Assembly: GCA_963771275.1 (NCBI GenBank)
Contig: CAVYSW010000003.1
Coordinates: forward strand, 192,001-256,000
Direction of reading: 5' to 3'
Length of the DNA: 64,000 bases
From: an uncultured Gemmatimonadales bacterium
Lineage (GTDB): Bacteria; Gemmatimonadota; Gemmatimonadetes; Gemmatimonadales; GWC2-71-9
Notes under the pieces: generated by a model
Database searches by the model: none
What the model was told of the DNA's origin: nothing
Seen by the model: only the letters and a program-made list of their open reading frames with translations
Translations under genes and position numbers: made by a program
In this document: positions 1 through 9,874 of the stretch, one piece after another
How positions within the stretch are numbered: position 1 is the first letter of the stretch
Layout: each line of letters starts with the position of its first letter

Positions 1-1
1 C

Positions 2-1429
2 GCCGGGGTCGCCGGGGTCTTCTCCCAGCCCGAAGTCGGCCTCGGCCGCCACCCAGCCTGCGAGCTGCAGCTCGACCCCGACCGGGACCTCGACGTTTCC
101 GCACGCCACGCCGTGATCACGCGACAGGGTGACCGCTGGAGCGTGCGGGACCTCTCGAGCCGCAACGGGACGTTGGTGAACGGGCACCCAATCCATACGG
201 CTACCCGGCTGGACGACACCGACCAGATCCGCCTGGGGCCCGCGGGACCGACCGTGGAGGTCCGCCTCGTGCCCGAGGGCGTCGAGGATCAGCGGCCGGC
301 CGCGCCGACCCCGTCGGTGGAGGGGCCGTCCAGCACGCCGATGCGCCGCACGGGCACGACACCCGCCGCGGCACCCGCCCCGACGCACGCGCGGCGCGCC
401 CCCAGCACGACCCAGCGGATCCGCATCGAGGTCGGGCGCCAGACCCGCCGCCTGCGAACCGTGAGTGGCGTGCTCCTGCTCCTGCTCGTGGCAGCCGGCG
501 GGTACGCGGTCGTGAGCCGCCGGCAGCAGGCGGCCGACCGCGCGCGTGAGCGCGCCGCCTGGCAGGCGCGGACCGACAGCATCGTGCGGGCGTCCGACGC
601 GGCGGTGCGGCAGCTCCGTGGGGAGGTGGCGGGGCTCGCCGACGCGCTGCGGGAGTCCCAGACCCAGGTCCAGCGGCTGCAGGGGGAGCTGCGCACGGCC
701 GAGGACGCCGGGAGGCCGGGCGACGTCGCGCGCCTCCGGGCGGAGCTCACGGCCGCCACCGCGGCGCTGAGCGCGCAACAGGCGGCGGCCCTGCTCGACT
801 ACCGCAGCATCCACCAGAACAACAACCGGGCGGTGGCGATGCTCTGGGCCGAGTTCCAGCCCGGAGACGTGACCACGGGCACGTCGTTCGCCGTCACCGC
901 GGACGGCTTGATGATCACGAATCGGCACGTGGTCTACGGGCCCGACGGCACCAGACGTCCGCGTCGCCTCGCCGTGCAGTTCACCGGTTCCGCGCAGGTC
1001 TGGCGGGCGCACGTCGTCGCGACCAGCCCCGATGCGGACGTCGCGATCATCCGGGTCGAGGGAATCGTCGGCGCGGTGCCGTTCGTTCCCGTGCCCGGTG
1101 GCGCGGCCGCCGCCGAGCCGGGCGACCCGGTTGCCATCATCGGCTTCCCGTTCGGCACCGATCTGCCGATGCGCTCGGCCGGCGAGCCCAACCTCGTGCG
1201 CACCACGCTCACCGCGGGCACGGTGAGCAAGGTGCTCCCCGACCTGCTCCAGATCGACGGCTTCGGCGCCCAGGGCGCCAGCGGCAGCCCCGTGTTCAAT
1301 CGGGATGGCACGCTGCTCGGCGTGCTGTACGGCGGCGAGCCCGGCACCGAAGGCCGCGTCGTCTATGCGGTCCCTGTGAAGTACGTCACAGCGCTCCTCA
1401 GGCAACTCGCGACAAGTTCGGTCCCCTAG
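2..1429 (+). CDS. FHA-domain, membrane-anchored coiled-coil trypsin-like serine protease (5' end runs off window)
   Basis: Frame open from base 2. FHA motifs GLGRHP..VSARHA..SRNGT; Pro/Thr linker; TM (VSGVLLLLLVAAGGYAVV); coiled coil; protease triad TNRHV / DVAII / GASGSP. Confidence 0.85.
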   Translation, partial: AGVAGVFSQPEVGLGRHPACELQLDPDRDLDVSARHAVITRQGDRWSVRDLSSRNGTLVNGHPIHTATRLDDTDQIRLGPAGPTVEVRLVPEGVEDQRPAAPTPSVEGPSSTPMRRTGTTPAAAPAPTHARRAPSTTQRIRIEVGRQTRRLRTVSGVLLLLLVAAGGYAVVSRRQQAADRARERAAWQARTDSIVRASDAAVRQLRGEVAGLADALRESQTQVQRLQGELRTAEDAGRPGDVARLRAELTAATAALSAQQAAALLDYRSIHQNNNRAVAMLWAEFQPGDVTTGTSFAVTADGLMITNRHVVYGPDGTRRPRRLAVQFTGSAQVWRAHVVATSPDADVAIIRVEGIVGAVPFVPVPGGAAAAEPGDPVAIIGFPFGTDLPMRSAGEPNLVRTTLTAGTVSKVLPDLLQIDGFGAQGASGSPVFNRDGTLLGVLYGGEPGTEGRVVYAVPVKYVTALLRQLATSSVP

Positions 1430-1452
1430 CCCTCACACCGAGGCGCCACCCA

Positions 1453-2001
1453 ATGCCAAGACGCGTGCTCTGCCTGGTCGCCCTGCTCGGGGCGCTGGCC
1501 TGCGACATCCCAGGCGCCCCGAAGTGGAGCGCGGACTTTCTGTTCCCGCTGGACGTGCCGGACATCGTGCTGGCCGACTACGGCGTGGGCGGCGTGATCC
1601 CCCCGACCGACGTGACCTTCGTGACGCCGATCGAGAGCCAGGACGTCTCGAGCGGCCTGAGCGAGAAGATCCTCAGCGAGGACATTACCGCGATCTCGGC
1701 GGAAATCATCAGCGGCACCGACGTGAACGTGACCGGCACGGTCACGTTCACGATCGCCACCGATCCGGCCAATCTGTTCAGCGCCAATCCCCAGCAGGCG
1801 GTGACGGTGCAGTTCCCCATCACCGCGGCGGACACCACCAGGGTCACCGCCGCCCCCACGCTGTTCAAGGACGCCGCGACCCTCTACTACCAGTCGAGCG
1901 TCACCGCCCGTGGCGCGTCGCCCGGTGGCACGCCGGTGAGCGCGGGTGACAACGTGCGACTCGGCGCGAACATCTTTGCCACCATTCCGGTGTCCAAGTG
2001 A
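1453..2001 (+). CDS. Hypothetical lipoprotein, beta-rich
   Basis: Signal peptide with lipobox LGALA-C; co-oriented and closely spaced in operon. Confidence 0.75.
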   Translation: MPRRVLCLVALLGALACDIPGAPKWSADFLFPLDVPDIVLADYGVGGVIPPTDVTFVTPIESQDVSSGLSEKILSEDITAISAEIISGTDVNVTGTVTFTIATDPANLFSANPQQAVTVQFPITAADTTRVTAAPTLFKDAATLYYQSSVTARGASPGGTPVSAGDNVRLGANIFATIPVSK

Positions 2002-2009
2002 GGCCGCCC

Positions 2010-3314
2010 ATGCGCATCCGACCGCTGCTCACGATCGGGCTGCTCGCGGTCCCGGCGGCCTTGTCGGCCCAGCTCCCGTCCGCCACCGCACGCAGCACCG
2101 CCATGCTACAGAGCAACACCGCGGCCGCGCGCGGCTACGAGGCGATCGTCTGGAACCCCGCGCTGCTCGCCATGCCCGGGCATCCTGGCTTCTCCCTCAA
2201 CATCGCGCAGGTCGCGGCCGAGATCCACAGCAACACGCTGGGCCCGTCGGACGTGCTGCACTACCTGAACGACACGCTCGATACGGCTGCGAAGGACAAG
2301 ATCCTCGGCGAGATCCGGGCGGGCAGCGACTCGACGCTCGCGCTCGGCGCCACGGCGGGCGGGCAGGCGCTCGGGCTCACCCTCGGCCCGTTCGGCATCA
2401 TGGCCACCGGGGCCGGAGATGGCTATGCGGCCGTGAGCGACGACGCCGTGGAGCTGGCCCTGTACGGCAACGTCACGCGGCGCGCTCCGGGCCAGCGGTA
2501 CGGCGCAACCGGCACCACGGGGTCGGGGTGGGCGGGCGCCTCCCTCGCGATCGGCTTCGGTCTCCCGCTCCGCGTCGTCCCGGTGGGGCACCTCGCGGTC
2601 GGCGCCACGCTCAAGCTCACGCAGATGGTCACCGCCGGCGTCGCGGGGGATGCCGGGTCGTTCCTCCAGAACGCGCCCAACTTCTCAGCCCGCGCTGCCG
2701 GCCAGGCACTGATCTTCCATCCCGACTCGAGCGCCACGAACAACGGCTTCGGCGTGGGGCTCGATTTCGGGGTCGCGTACGACCTCGTATCGGGCATCCG
2801 GCTCGGACTGGCCGTCGAGAACGTGTTCTCGACGATCAGCTGGAAAGAGCGGAACCTGGTCTACTACCGGCAGGACTACATCATGGAGCAGGTCGGCGAC
2901 CAGTTCACCGACAGCACGGTGGCGGACATCGACATGCCGTACGACCCGACCGACCCGAACCAGCTCGCCCTGCACGATTCCCTGGTGGGCGCGCAGACAT
3001 TCCCGACGAGAGTCCGGGCGGGCGTGCTGCTGAGCGCGGGTCCGTTCCGCATCGCCGGCGACGGCATGCTGCAGCTCAAGCGGGGGCTCGTGCCCGGTGA
3101 CAAGCAGCGCCTGAGCGCCGGCGCGGAGCTGCCACTCGGCGGGTTCTTCGCCCTGCGGGCGGGGTTGTCCAGCAACTTCGCCGGCGGCTTCAGCTACGGC
3201 GGGGGGTTCGGGTTCAAGATGGGACCAGTCCGCCTGGACCTGGGGGCGAGCGCGACACCGGGGGGCAGTCGCCAGGGCATGCAGGCGGCGTTCGGGTTGA
3301 GCGTGATGAAGTGA
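2010..3314 (+). CDS. Outer-membrane beta-barrel protein (DUF5723/TraF/FadL-like)
   Basis: Signal peptide; N-terminal 'AIVWNPALLA' motif; amphipathic strands GVGLDFGVAY..LGLAVENV; GAGG before ATG 2010 (alternative GTG 1998). Confidence 0.7.
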   Translation: MRIRPLLTIGLLAVPAALSAQLPSATARSTAMLQSNTAAARGYEAIVWNPALLAMPGHPGFSLNIAQVAAEIHSNTLGPSDVLHYLNDTLDTAAKDKILGEIRAGSDSTLALGATAGGQALGLTLGPFGIMATGAGDGYAAVSDDAVELALYGNVTRRAPGQRYGATGTTGSGWAGASLAIGFGLPLRVVPVGHLAVGATLKLTQMVTAGVAGDAGSFLQNAPNFSARAAGQALIFHPDSSATNNGFGVGLDFGVAYDLVSGIRLGLAVENVFSTISWKERNLVYYRQDYIMEQVGDQFTDSTVADIDMPYDPTDPNQLALHDSLVGAQTFPTRVRAGVLLSAGPFRIAGDGMLQLKRGLVPGDKQRLSAGAELPLGGFFALRAGLSSNFAGGFSYGGGFGFKMGPVRLDLGASATPGGSRQGMQAAFGLSVMK

Positions 3315-3332
3315 GGGTTGGGGGGCGAGCCG

Positions 3333-4451
3333 CTATCTCGGCGTGATGCGCCCCAGCACCCTCGGTCCCGCCGCGCCGGTGGCGCTCGGCACGTTGCCCG
3401 GGCGCCCCCGCAGCGTGAGCCAGCCGAGCAGCGCGAACGCCACCGCCTCCTTCGCGTCCCCGTCAAAGAACAAGTCGTCGAATGGCCGCACCGGGCGCGT
3501 CAGCGCGCGGCGGAGCCCCTCCACAAGCACGGGGTTCCGGCCGCCCCCTCCCGACACGACCACGTCGGCGCCGTCATCCGGCAGCCAGCGGGCAATCTGA
3601 TCGGCAATCGTGGCGACGGTGAAGTGGGCCGCGGTGGCGACGCAGTCCTCGTCGGTCGCTCCGGCTCGCCGGACCCGGATCTCGCGCACCAGGCCGTGCG
3701 CGAACGCGTCGCCGAACGTCTCGCGCCCCGTGCTCTTGGGCGGCGGTGCGGCAAAGAACGGATCGCCCAGCAGGTCCGCCACGAGCTGCTCGTCGACCCG
3801 GCCGGCCGCCGCGAGCCGCCCATCTTCGTCGAACGGCAGCCCGGGTCTCAGCTCCCGGGTGACGGCATCGAGCACCGCCACGCCCGGTCCGGTGTCGAAC
3901 GCGATCGTCCGCTCGGGGGCGCCGCCTGCCGGCACCCATGTCACGTTCGCCATGCCACCGATGTTGAGCAGGATCCGGCTGCGATCCGGCGCGGCAAACA
4001 GGAGGGCGTCCGCCACGGGGACCAGCGGGGCGCCCTGCCCCCCCGCCGCGACATCCCGGCTCCGGAAATCGCTCACCACGGGAACGCCCAGGGCCTCAGC
4101 GATCACCGCCGGGTCGCCGAGCTGGAGGGTCGCCTTTGCCGGCTCATGCCACACCGTCTGCCCGTGGCTCGCGACGAAGCCGAGCGCCGCGGCCGGCGTC
4201 CCGCTCGCGGCCAGCACCTCGCGCGCGGCGGCCGCAAGCCGACGGCCCAGCTCGACGTGGAGCAGCGCTACGTCGCGCACCCCGCCGTGCGCGATCGTCC
4301 GGAGGATGCTCTGGCGGAACTCGGCGTCGTACGGGGCGGTGCGGAACGCGACCAGCTCCACCCGCGGGCGGTCGCCGCTGAATCGCACCAGCGCGGCGTC
4401 CACGCCGTCAAGCGAGGTGCCCGACATCAGACCGATGGCCAGGTCCTTCAC
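3333..4451 (-). CDS. anmK: Anhydro-N-acetylmuramic acid kinase
   Basis: GLMSGTSLDGVD, SHGQTVWH, GGQGAPLVP, LNIGGMANVT, FDTGPG, PPKSTGRE, KEAVAFA motifs. Confidence 0.97.
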   Translation of the reverse strand: MKDLAIGLMSGTSLDGVDAALVRFSGDRPRVELVAFRTAPYDAEFRQSILRTIAHGGVRDVALLHVELGRRLAAAAREVLAASGTPAAALGFVASHGQTVWHEPAKATLQLGDPAVIAEALGVPVVSDFRSRDVAAGGQGAPLVPVADALLFAAPDRSRILLNIGGMANVTWVPAGGAPERTIAFDTGPGVAVLDAVTRELRPGLPFDEDGRLAAAGRVDEQLVADLLGDPFFAAPPPKSTGRETFGDAFAHGLVREIRVRRAGATDEDCVATAAHFTVATIADQIARWLPDDGADVVVSGGGGRNPVLVEGLRRALTRPVRPFDDLFFDGDAKEAVAFALLGWLTLRGRPGNVPSATGAAGPRVLGRITPR

Positions 4452-5374
4452 GGCGTCACGCCAGGCGGATCGCCGATCACCCGGCGGATCACGTCACCGG
4501 CCTGCTCCAGCAGGCGCCGCGCCTCGACCGGACTCACATCGCGCCGCAGCATGACCATCGCGAGCTTCACGCTTCCCTCCGCCGCCTCGATCGCGTCGCG
4601 TGCCGTTGCCCGATCGACCCGGCACGTCTCCATCACGATGCGCTCGCCGCGATCGTGCAGCTTGTCGCTCCACGCCTGGAGATCGACCATCAGGTTGCCG
4701 TAGGTCTTCCCCAAGCGGATCATCGCGCCCGTCGTGATCGTGTTGAGCGCGAGCTTGGTCGCCGTTCCCGCCTTCATCCGGGTCGAGCCGGTCACGACTT
4801 CCGGGCCCACCCGCAGCACGATGAGCTGGTCGCAGGTCCGCCGCAGCACCTCTGGCGGATCGGCACAGGTGAGCAGCACCGTCCTGGCTCCCCGCGCCTG
4901 GGCGCGGGCGAGCGCGGCCCCCACGTACGGCGTGGTGCCGCTTGCCGCGATCCCGATCACGAGATCCCTGTCGCCCACGTGGTGGGCGTCCATGGCTCGG
5001 GTGCCGGCTTCCTGGTCGTCCTCCGCGCCTTCCTCGCCCCGCACCAGCGCGTCCCGCCCGCCGGCGATGATCCCGACGACCAGCTCGGGCGGAATGCCGA
5101 ACGTCGGCGGGCACTCCGCCGCGTCCAGCACTCCCAGTCGGCCGCTCGTGCCGGCGCCGACGTAGAGCAGGCGGCCGCCCGCGCGGAACCCGCGCACGGC
5201 GAGATCGATCGTCGCCGCGATCGCCTCCCGGGCCTGGTGGACCGCCACGGGGACCAGGCCGTCCTCCGCGTTGATCAGGTCGGCGATCTCGAGCGCCGAG
5301 GCAACGTCGATGTCCACCGTGCGCGGGTTGCGCTGCTCGGTGAGTCGAGGGTCGCGAAACTCGGGCGTGGACAT
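4448..5374 (-). CDS. murQ: N-acetylmuramic acid 6-phosphate etherase
   Basis: TEQRNP, GAGTSGRLG, AAECPPTFG, GPEVVTGSTRMKAGTATK, GNLMVD; overlaps anmK start (GTGA). Confidence 0.97.
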   Translation of the reverse strand: MSTPEFRDPRLTEQRNPRTVDIDVASALEIADLINAEDGLVPVAVHQAREAIAATIDLAVRGFRAGGRLLYVGAGTSGRLGVLDAAECPPTFGIPPELVVGIIAGGRDALVRGEEGAEDDQEAGTRAMDAHHVGDRDLVIGIAASGTTPYVGAALARAQARGARTVLLTCADPPEVLRRTCDQLIVLRVGPEVVTGSTRMKAGTATKLALNTITTGAMIRLGKTYGNLMVDLQAWSDKLHDRGERIVMETCRVDRATARDAIEAAEGSVKLAMVMLRRDVSPVEARRLLEQAGDVIRRVIGDPPGVTP

Positions 5375-5425
5375 GGCAGGTCGCTAAATTTCCCCCCGGA
5401 CCCTCTACCGGTCAACGACACCACG

Positions 5426-7132
5426 ATGCCGATACCCATGACGCTGCCCCGCCAGACGGCTCTTGCCGCCCTCGCGCTCCTCGCCGCATGCGCTCCCAGT
5501 CGCGCCCGCTGGCCGTTGTACCAGCAGGTCAAGGCCGTCGAGGCCCCGGAGGCGATGGTGGTCTCGGTGAGCCCGATCGCCACCCGGATCGGCGTGGACA
5601 TCCTCAAGCGCGGCGGGAACGCCGTCGACGCCGCGGTCGCGATCGGGTTCGCGCTGGCGGTGGTCCACCCAGGCGCAGGCAACATCGGCGGCGGCGGCTT
5701 CATGGTGATGCGGTTCGCCGACGGGGCGGTCACGTCGATCGACTACCGCGAGACCGCCCCGGGCCGTGCGACGCGCGACATGTACCTCGACTCGGCCGGG
5801 AATGTGACCGAGGCAAGTGTCACGGGGCCGCTGGCGGCCGGCGTCCCCGGGAGTGTCGCAGGCATGGCCGAAGCGCAGCGGCGCTACGGGAAGCTCGCGT
5901 GGGCCGACGTGCTCGCGCCGGCGGTGCAGCTCGCGCGCGAGGGATTCACCCTCGACGGCGACCGGGCCGCGGGGATTCGCCGGGACGCCGAACGCCTCGC
6001 GCGGTTTCCCGCGTCGGCGGCGCAGTTCCTCCCGAGCGGGGTCCCACCGGACTCCGGAGCCACGCTCGTCCAGACCGATCTCGCCCGCACGCTCCAGGCG
6101 ATCGCGGACAGTGGGCCGAGTGTCTTCTACCGGGGCTACATCGCCCGCCTGATCGTGGCCGAGATGCAGCGCGGAGGCGGGCTCATCTCCCGGGAGGATC
6201 TGGCCGCCTACACGCCGCTCTGGCGGCAGCCGATCAGCTTCGCGTATCGCGGCCACACGATCTACTCCATGCCCCCGTCCAGCTCGGGGGGCACGACGCT
6301 CGCCGAGATCCTCAACATGCTCGAGACCCGCGACCGGCTCGCGCCGTTCGGGTCGGCCGAGCAGGTGCATTTCCTGGCGGAGGTGATGCGGCGCGCGTTC
6401 GCGGACCGCAACGCCTACCTGGGCGACCCGGCGTTCGTCGAGATGCCCGTGGCGACGCTGATCTCCCAGGAGTACGGCGTCCGCCGCGCCGCCGACATCG
6501 CGCCCGACCGGGCGACGCCCTCGGGCGACGTCGCGCCCGGCCTCGGCGAGGGCACGCACACGACACACTACTCGGTGGTCGACGCGCTGGGAAACGCGGT
6601 GAGCGTCACCACCACGCTCAACTCCGGCTTCGGCAGCGCGGTGACCGTCGCCGGCGCCGGGTTTCTGCTCAACAACGAGATGGACGATTTCGCCTCGGCG
6701 CCGGGCAAGCCTAATCAGTACGGCCTGATCCAGGGGGACGCCAACGCGATCGCCCCCGGCAAACGGATGCTCTCGGCGATGACGCCGACGATCGTGCTCG
6801 ATCCGGCGGGGCGCCTCTTCATGGTGGTCGGGACACCCGGCGGCCCGACGATCATCACGACGGTGGCGCAGGTGATCTCCAACGTGATCGATCAGCACAT
6901 GTCGCTCGCCGACGCCGTGGCCGCCCCGCGCATCCACCACCAACACCTGCCGGATGTGCTGCGCTACGAGGGCGGTCTCGAGGCGACGACCCTGCGGCGC
7001 CTCCGGGCCATGGGGTACACGCTGCGCGCGGGGGACGGCTACAGCGGCGAGGTGGCGGCGATCGTCCGGGGAGAGCGTGGCTGGATCGGCGTGGCGGATC
7101 CCCGCATGGAAGGACTCGCCGCGGGCTACTGA
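5426..7132 (+). CDS. ggt: Gamma-glutamyltransferase, probable lipoprotein
   Basis: GGNAVDAAVA, GNIGGGGF, IDYRETAP, catalytic HTTHYSVVD, LLNNEMDDF, GTPGG, ADPR; lipobox LLAA-C. Start ATG 5426 or 5438 (the ORF-track upstream extension overlaps murQ). Confidence 0.93.
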   Translation: MPIPMTLPRQTALAALALLAACAPSRARWPLYQQVKAVEAPEAMVVSVSPIATRIGVDILKRGGNAVDAAVAIGFALAVVHPGAGNIGGGGFMVMRFADGAVTSIDYRETAPGRATRDMYLDSAGNVTEASVTGPLAAGVPGSVAGMAEAQRRYGKLAWADVLAPAVQLAREGFTLDGDRAAGIRRDAERLARFPASAAQFLPSGVPPDSGATLVQTDLARTLQAIADSGPSVFYRGYIARLIVAEMQRGGGLISREDLAAYTPLWRQPISFAYRGHTIYSMPPSSSGGTTLAEILNMLETRDRLAPFGSAEQVHFLAEVMRRAFADRNAYLGDPAFVEMPVATLISQEYGVRRAADIAPDRATPSGDVAPGLGEGTHTTHYSVVDALGNAVSVTTTLNSGFGSAVTVAGAGFLLNNEMDDFASAPGKPNQYGLIQGDANAIAPGKRMLSAMTPTIVLDPAGRLFMVVGTPGGPTIITTVAQVISNVIDQHMSLADAVAAPRIHHQHLPDVLRYEGGLEATTLRRLRAMGYTLRAGDGYSGEVAAIVRGERGWIGVADPRMEGLAAGY

Positions 7133-7138
7133 CGAAAC

Positions 7139-7206
7139 GGGCAGCGAAGAGGGGCAGAGGGGGAGAGCGTGTTGCCCGCCCCTCTGCCCCCTCTGCGTTT
7201 CTGCCC
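7139..7206. repeat. Imperfect long inverted repeat between convergent genes (REP-like / bidirectional terminator)
   Basis: GGGCAG..GAGGGGCAGAGGGG ... CCCCTCTGCCCCCTC..CTGCCC fills the intergenic gap. Confidence 0.65.
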
Positions 7207-8016
7207 CTACCTGGTCCCCGTCAGCGAGAAGGGCGCCGTGAGCACCAGCCGGATCGGCGCGCCGGCCGGGAGCACGATGTCCACGTCCTTGGTCCCCGCC
7301 GCCACGGCGGTGCCGGCCGCGGCGCCGACGACCCCGCCGACGATCGTGCCCGTCTTGTTGCCCCCGACCACGCGGCCAACTACGGCGCCCGCCACCGCGC
7401 CGACGCCGACTTTGGCCGCGTCACCGGTCGTGATCCCCCGGCCTTTCAAGACAGTGGCCAGGCTGTCGGTGCGGGCCGCGATCGCGTAGGTCTGGCCGCC
7501 GAACTCGACCTGGTTGAACGTCAGCACCATGCGACCCTGAGCGTTCGCGTTCTCCGCCGGCGCGATGTCGGAGATCGTGCCCGTGAACACCGCGCCCGAC
7601 GGAATCACCACGTTCCCGCGCGCGTCGCGGATCGCCGCGGTCGACGTGGCCACGACGGTTTCACCCTTCTTGTTGTGCCGTGACGTGATCGTATCGGACG
7701 CCGCGAGCGTCAGGATCGTGCCCTCGCCCACCGTGCGGGTGGCGCTGGTCGGGCTCGCGGTCGCGCTCGGCGTCGGCTGGCGCGGGGCCGCCTGCGCCGG
7801 CCGCGGCGCCGCGGGCGGCAGCGTGTTCTGCCCCGGCTGGCCGGCGGGCTGGGCCGCGGGCTGCTGGCCTTGGGCCGGCTGGTCGTTGAGCGCGGCCACC
7901 GACTCGGCCGGCGCCATGCTTAGGTCCCGCATCGTCTGATCGGCGGGGGGCTGCTTTTCGCCGCCGCAGGCCATCACGGCGAGCGCGGTGAGCGCGAAGT
8001 AACGCGGCGAGTACAT
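7207..8016 (-). CDS. Lipoprotein with Pro/Gln linker, beta domain and glycine-zipper C-terminus
   Basis: GGAGGA RBS before ATG 8016; lipobox AVMA-C; GVGAVAGAVVG..GTIVGGVVGAAAG glycine zipper. Confidence 0.8.
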   Translation of the reverse strand: MYSPRYFALTALAVMACGGEKQPPADQTMRDLSMAPAESVAALNDQPAQGQQPAAQPAGQPGQNTLPPAAPRPAQAAPRQPTPSATASPTSATRTVGEGTILTLAASDTITSRHNKKGETVVATSTAAIRDARGNVVIPSGAVFTGTISDIAPAENANAQGRMVLTFNQVEFGGQTYAIAARTDSLATVLKGRGITTGDAAKVGVGAVAGAVVGRVVGGNKTGTIVGGVVGAAAGTAVAAGTKDVDIVLPAGAPIRLVLTAPFSLTGTR

Positions 8017-8122
8017 CGACTCCTCCTGGTAGCTGGTACACCGAGCCAATAGCGTAACCTCATGCCGTCCGGTCGCCTTGGCAAGAGCGCGGCGCGGGGC
8101 GGTCACGGGTGGGCGACTCGGC

Positions 8123-8845
8123 TCACAACTTCGACCTGAGGAATTCCGGCGTCAGGCCCGAGAGCCACCCGGCCATCGCCGTGTAGTACCCCGACGCGAG
8201 CAGGATGCCCACCAGCACGAGCATCGCGCCGGCCACCCGGGTCACGACGGGGATCAGCCTCCGATACCGCTGGAACCAGGCGAGGAAGCGGTCGATCGCG
8301 AGCGCCGCGAGCAGGAACGGCACGCCTAACCCCAGCGAGTACACCAGCAGGAGCACGATGCCCTGCCCCAGCGTCGCGGTGGCGCTGGTGTACGTGAGCA
8401 CGGCACCCAGGATCGGCCCGATGCACGGGCTCCAGCCCGCTCCGAACGCGAGGCCGACGAGCGCGCTCCCCAGGTACCCGAGCGGCTTGTCCTGAAGGTG
8501 GACCCGCCGCTCGCGCGACAGCGGGCCCCACCGCAGGGCTCCCAGTAGGTAGAGGCCGAAGACGATGATGAGCAGACCGCCCAGCCGCTCGAGCCAGACC
8601 CGGTGGTAGTTGAGCAGCGTGCCCACGGCCGTTGCCGAGGCCCCGAGCAGCACGAAGATCGCGGTGAAGCCGAGCACGAACATGCCCGCGTGGGACAGGG
8701 CCACCCAGCGGCGTGAGCCCACGTCGTCGAGCGACAGCCCCGTGATGAACGAGACGTAGCTCGGAATCAGCGGCAGCACGCAGGGGGAGAGAAAGCTCAG
8801 CAACCCGGCGAGAAACGCGAGGGGCAGGCCGATGGAGTCGGTCAT
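8123..8845 (-). CDS. ccdA: Cytochrome c biogenesis protein CcdA
   Basis: AGLLSFLSPCVLPLIP and GWSPCIGP redox Cys motifs; multiple TMs. Confidence 0.95.
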   Translation of the reverse strand: MTDSIGLPLAFLAGLLSFLSPCVLPLIPSYVSFITGLSLDDVGSRRWVALSHAGMFVLGFTAIFVLLGASATAVGTLLNYHRVWLERLGGLLIIVFGLYLLGALRWGPLSRERRVHLQDKPLGYLGSALVGLAFGAGWSPCIGPILGAVLTYTSATATLGQGIVLLLVYSLGLGVPFLLAALAIDRFLAWFQRYRRLIPVVTRVAGAMLVLVGILLASGYYTAMAGWLSGLTPEFLRSKL

Positions 8846-9421
8846 GGGGAGGGCGGCCTCCCCTCAGCCTCGGGGGACCGGCGGGTCATCAAGTGCGGCA
8901 TGCCGATCATGATACACCGGCCGGGCTGGAGCCGCACGCTTGGCCGTTCACCAGCGCCGACGCTCGCCAACTCGTGAGGCCGGTCCGGCTCGGGGCTCGA
9001 CCCTGCGAACACGCCGGTGAAGCTCTGTTCGCTGTCAGCAGGTGCGCCGCTTGGCAGACCGATTGAGAACGTGCCGGGGGAGGTTGCGTTATGAAGGGAC
9101 CGTTGGACACGTCCGGACGGGCGTGTCCAAACAGCCCCTGTCCCCAGGGCCGCAAGAACTCTTGCAAGCCGGACGCGCCTGGAGCTTTGAGGCGCTCCGG
9201 GTCGCTTGAGAAGTTGCGGGCGCTGGATCAAACGACCACGGACGGGCAGGTCACTCCGGACGCCGCCTCCTTAGCAAGGTAACCGGCGCCCAACGACACT
9301 GCTTGGCGCGAACTCCTGCGCCCCTGCCCACCGGCCGGCGCGTGGCCGTGGCGGCTTGTGCCCCGCGGGAACCCAGTCACGACTGGTACGCCAGGGCGTG
9401 CCCTGGAGCGAGGGGGGAGTC

Positions 9422-9874
9422 TCATCTCTGAGGCGAGCGATCCTTCCCTGCAGGAGGCGGAACGAGGCGAATCGGGACGACGACACCGGTCTCCCGCCAC
9501 CAGGTCGCAAGAACGGGGCTCTGCCAAAGCACACCCTGAAAGGTCGAGACGGAGAGGATGTAGAGTTGGTTTGATGGAACCCCGGAGTCGACGAGCTGCC
9601 AGAGCGAGAGATTCAAGCCCATGCGCTTGGTCTCTCCAGGAGCCAGCAGGGCCTCCGTCACGACTGTCGTATCTGGAACCTCGTGCGTGAAATCCGCGAC
9701 CCGAATGACCGCGCGCACAGAATCGGTGAGCGTGTTGCGGAGAACCAGGGGCGCCGTCCGGTTTGGGTCGCGGACTGCACACCAGGAGCCCAGGGACGCG
9801 GCCATGAGAACTGCCACCAGCAGGACTCCCTGCCTCCACTGCCGGCCGCCAGCGCTTTTGTGAGCCACCACCAT
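9422..9874 (-). CDS. Hypothetical membrane-anchored/secreted protein (possible orphan immunity or cargo gene)
   Basis: GGAGG before ATG 9874; hydrophobic N-terminal segment; atypical codon usage; inside the accessory island. Confidence 0.5.
   Translation of the reverse strand: MVVAHKSAGGRQWRQGVLLVAVLMAASLGSWCAVRDPNRTAPLVLRNTLTDSVRAVIRVADFTHEVPDTTVVTEALLAPGETKRMGLNLSLWQLVDSGVPSNQLYILSVSTFQGVLWQSPVLATWWRETGVVVPIRLVPPPAGKDRSPQR

Noticed and set aside
4655..5425. Apparent N-terminal extension of ggt; similar extensions on glyQS, purA, rpsC, rplA, suhB and the M3 peptidase
   Set aside because: ORF-caller extensions overlapping real neighbouring genes; better starts exist downstream
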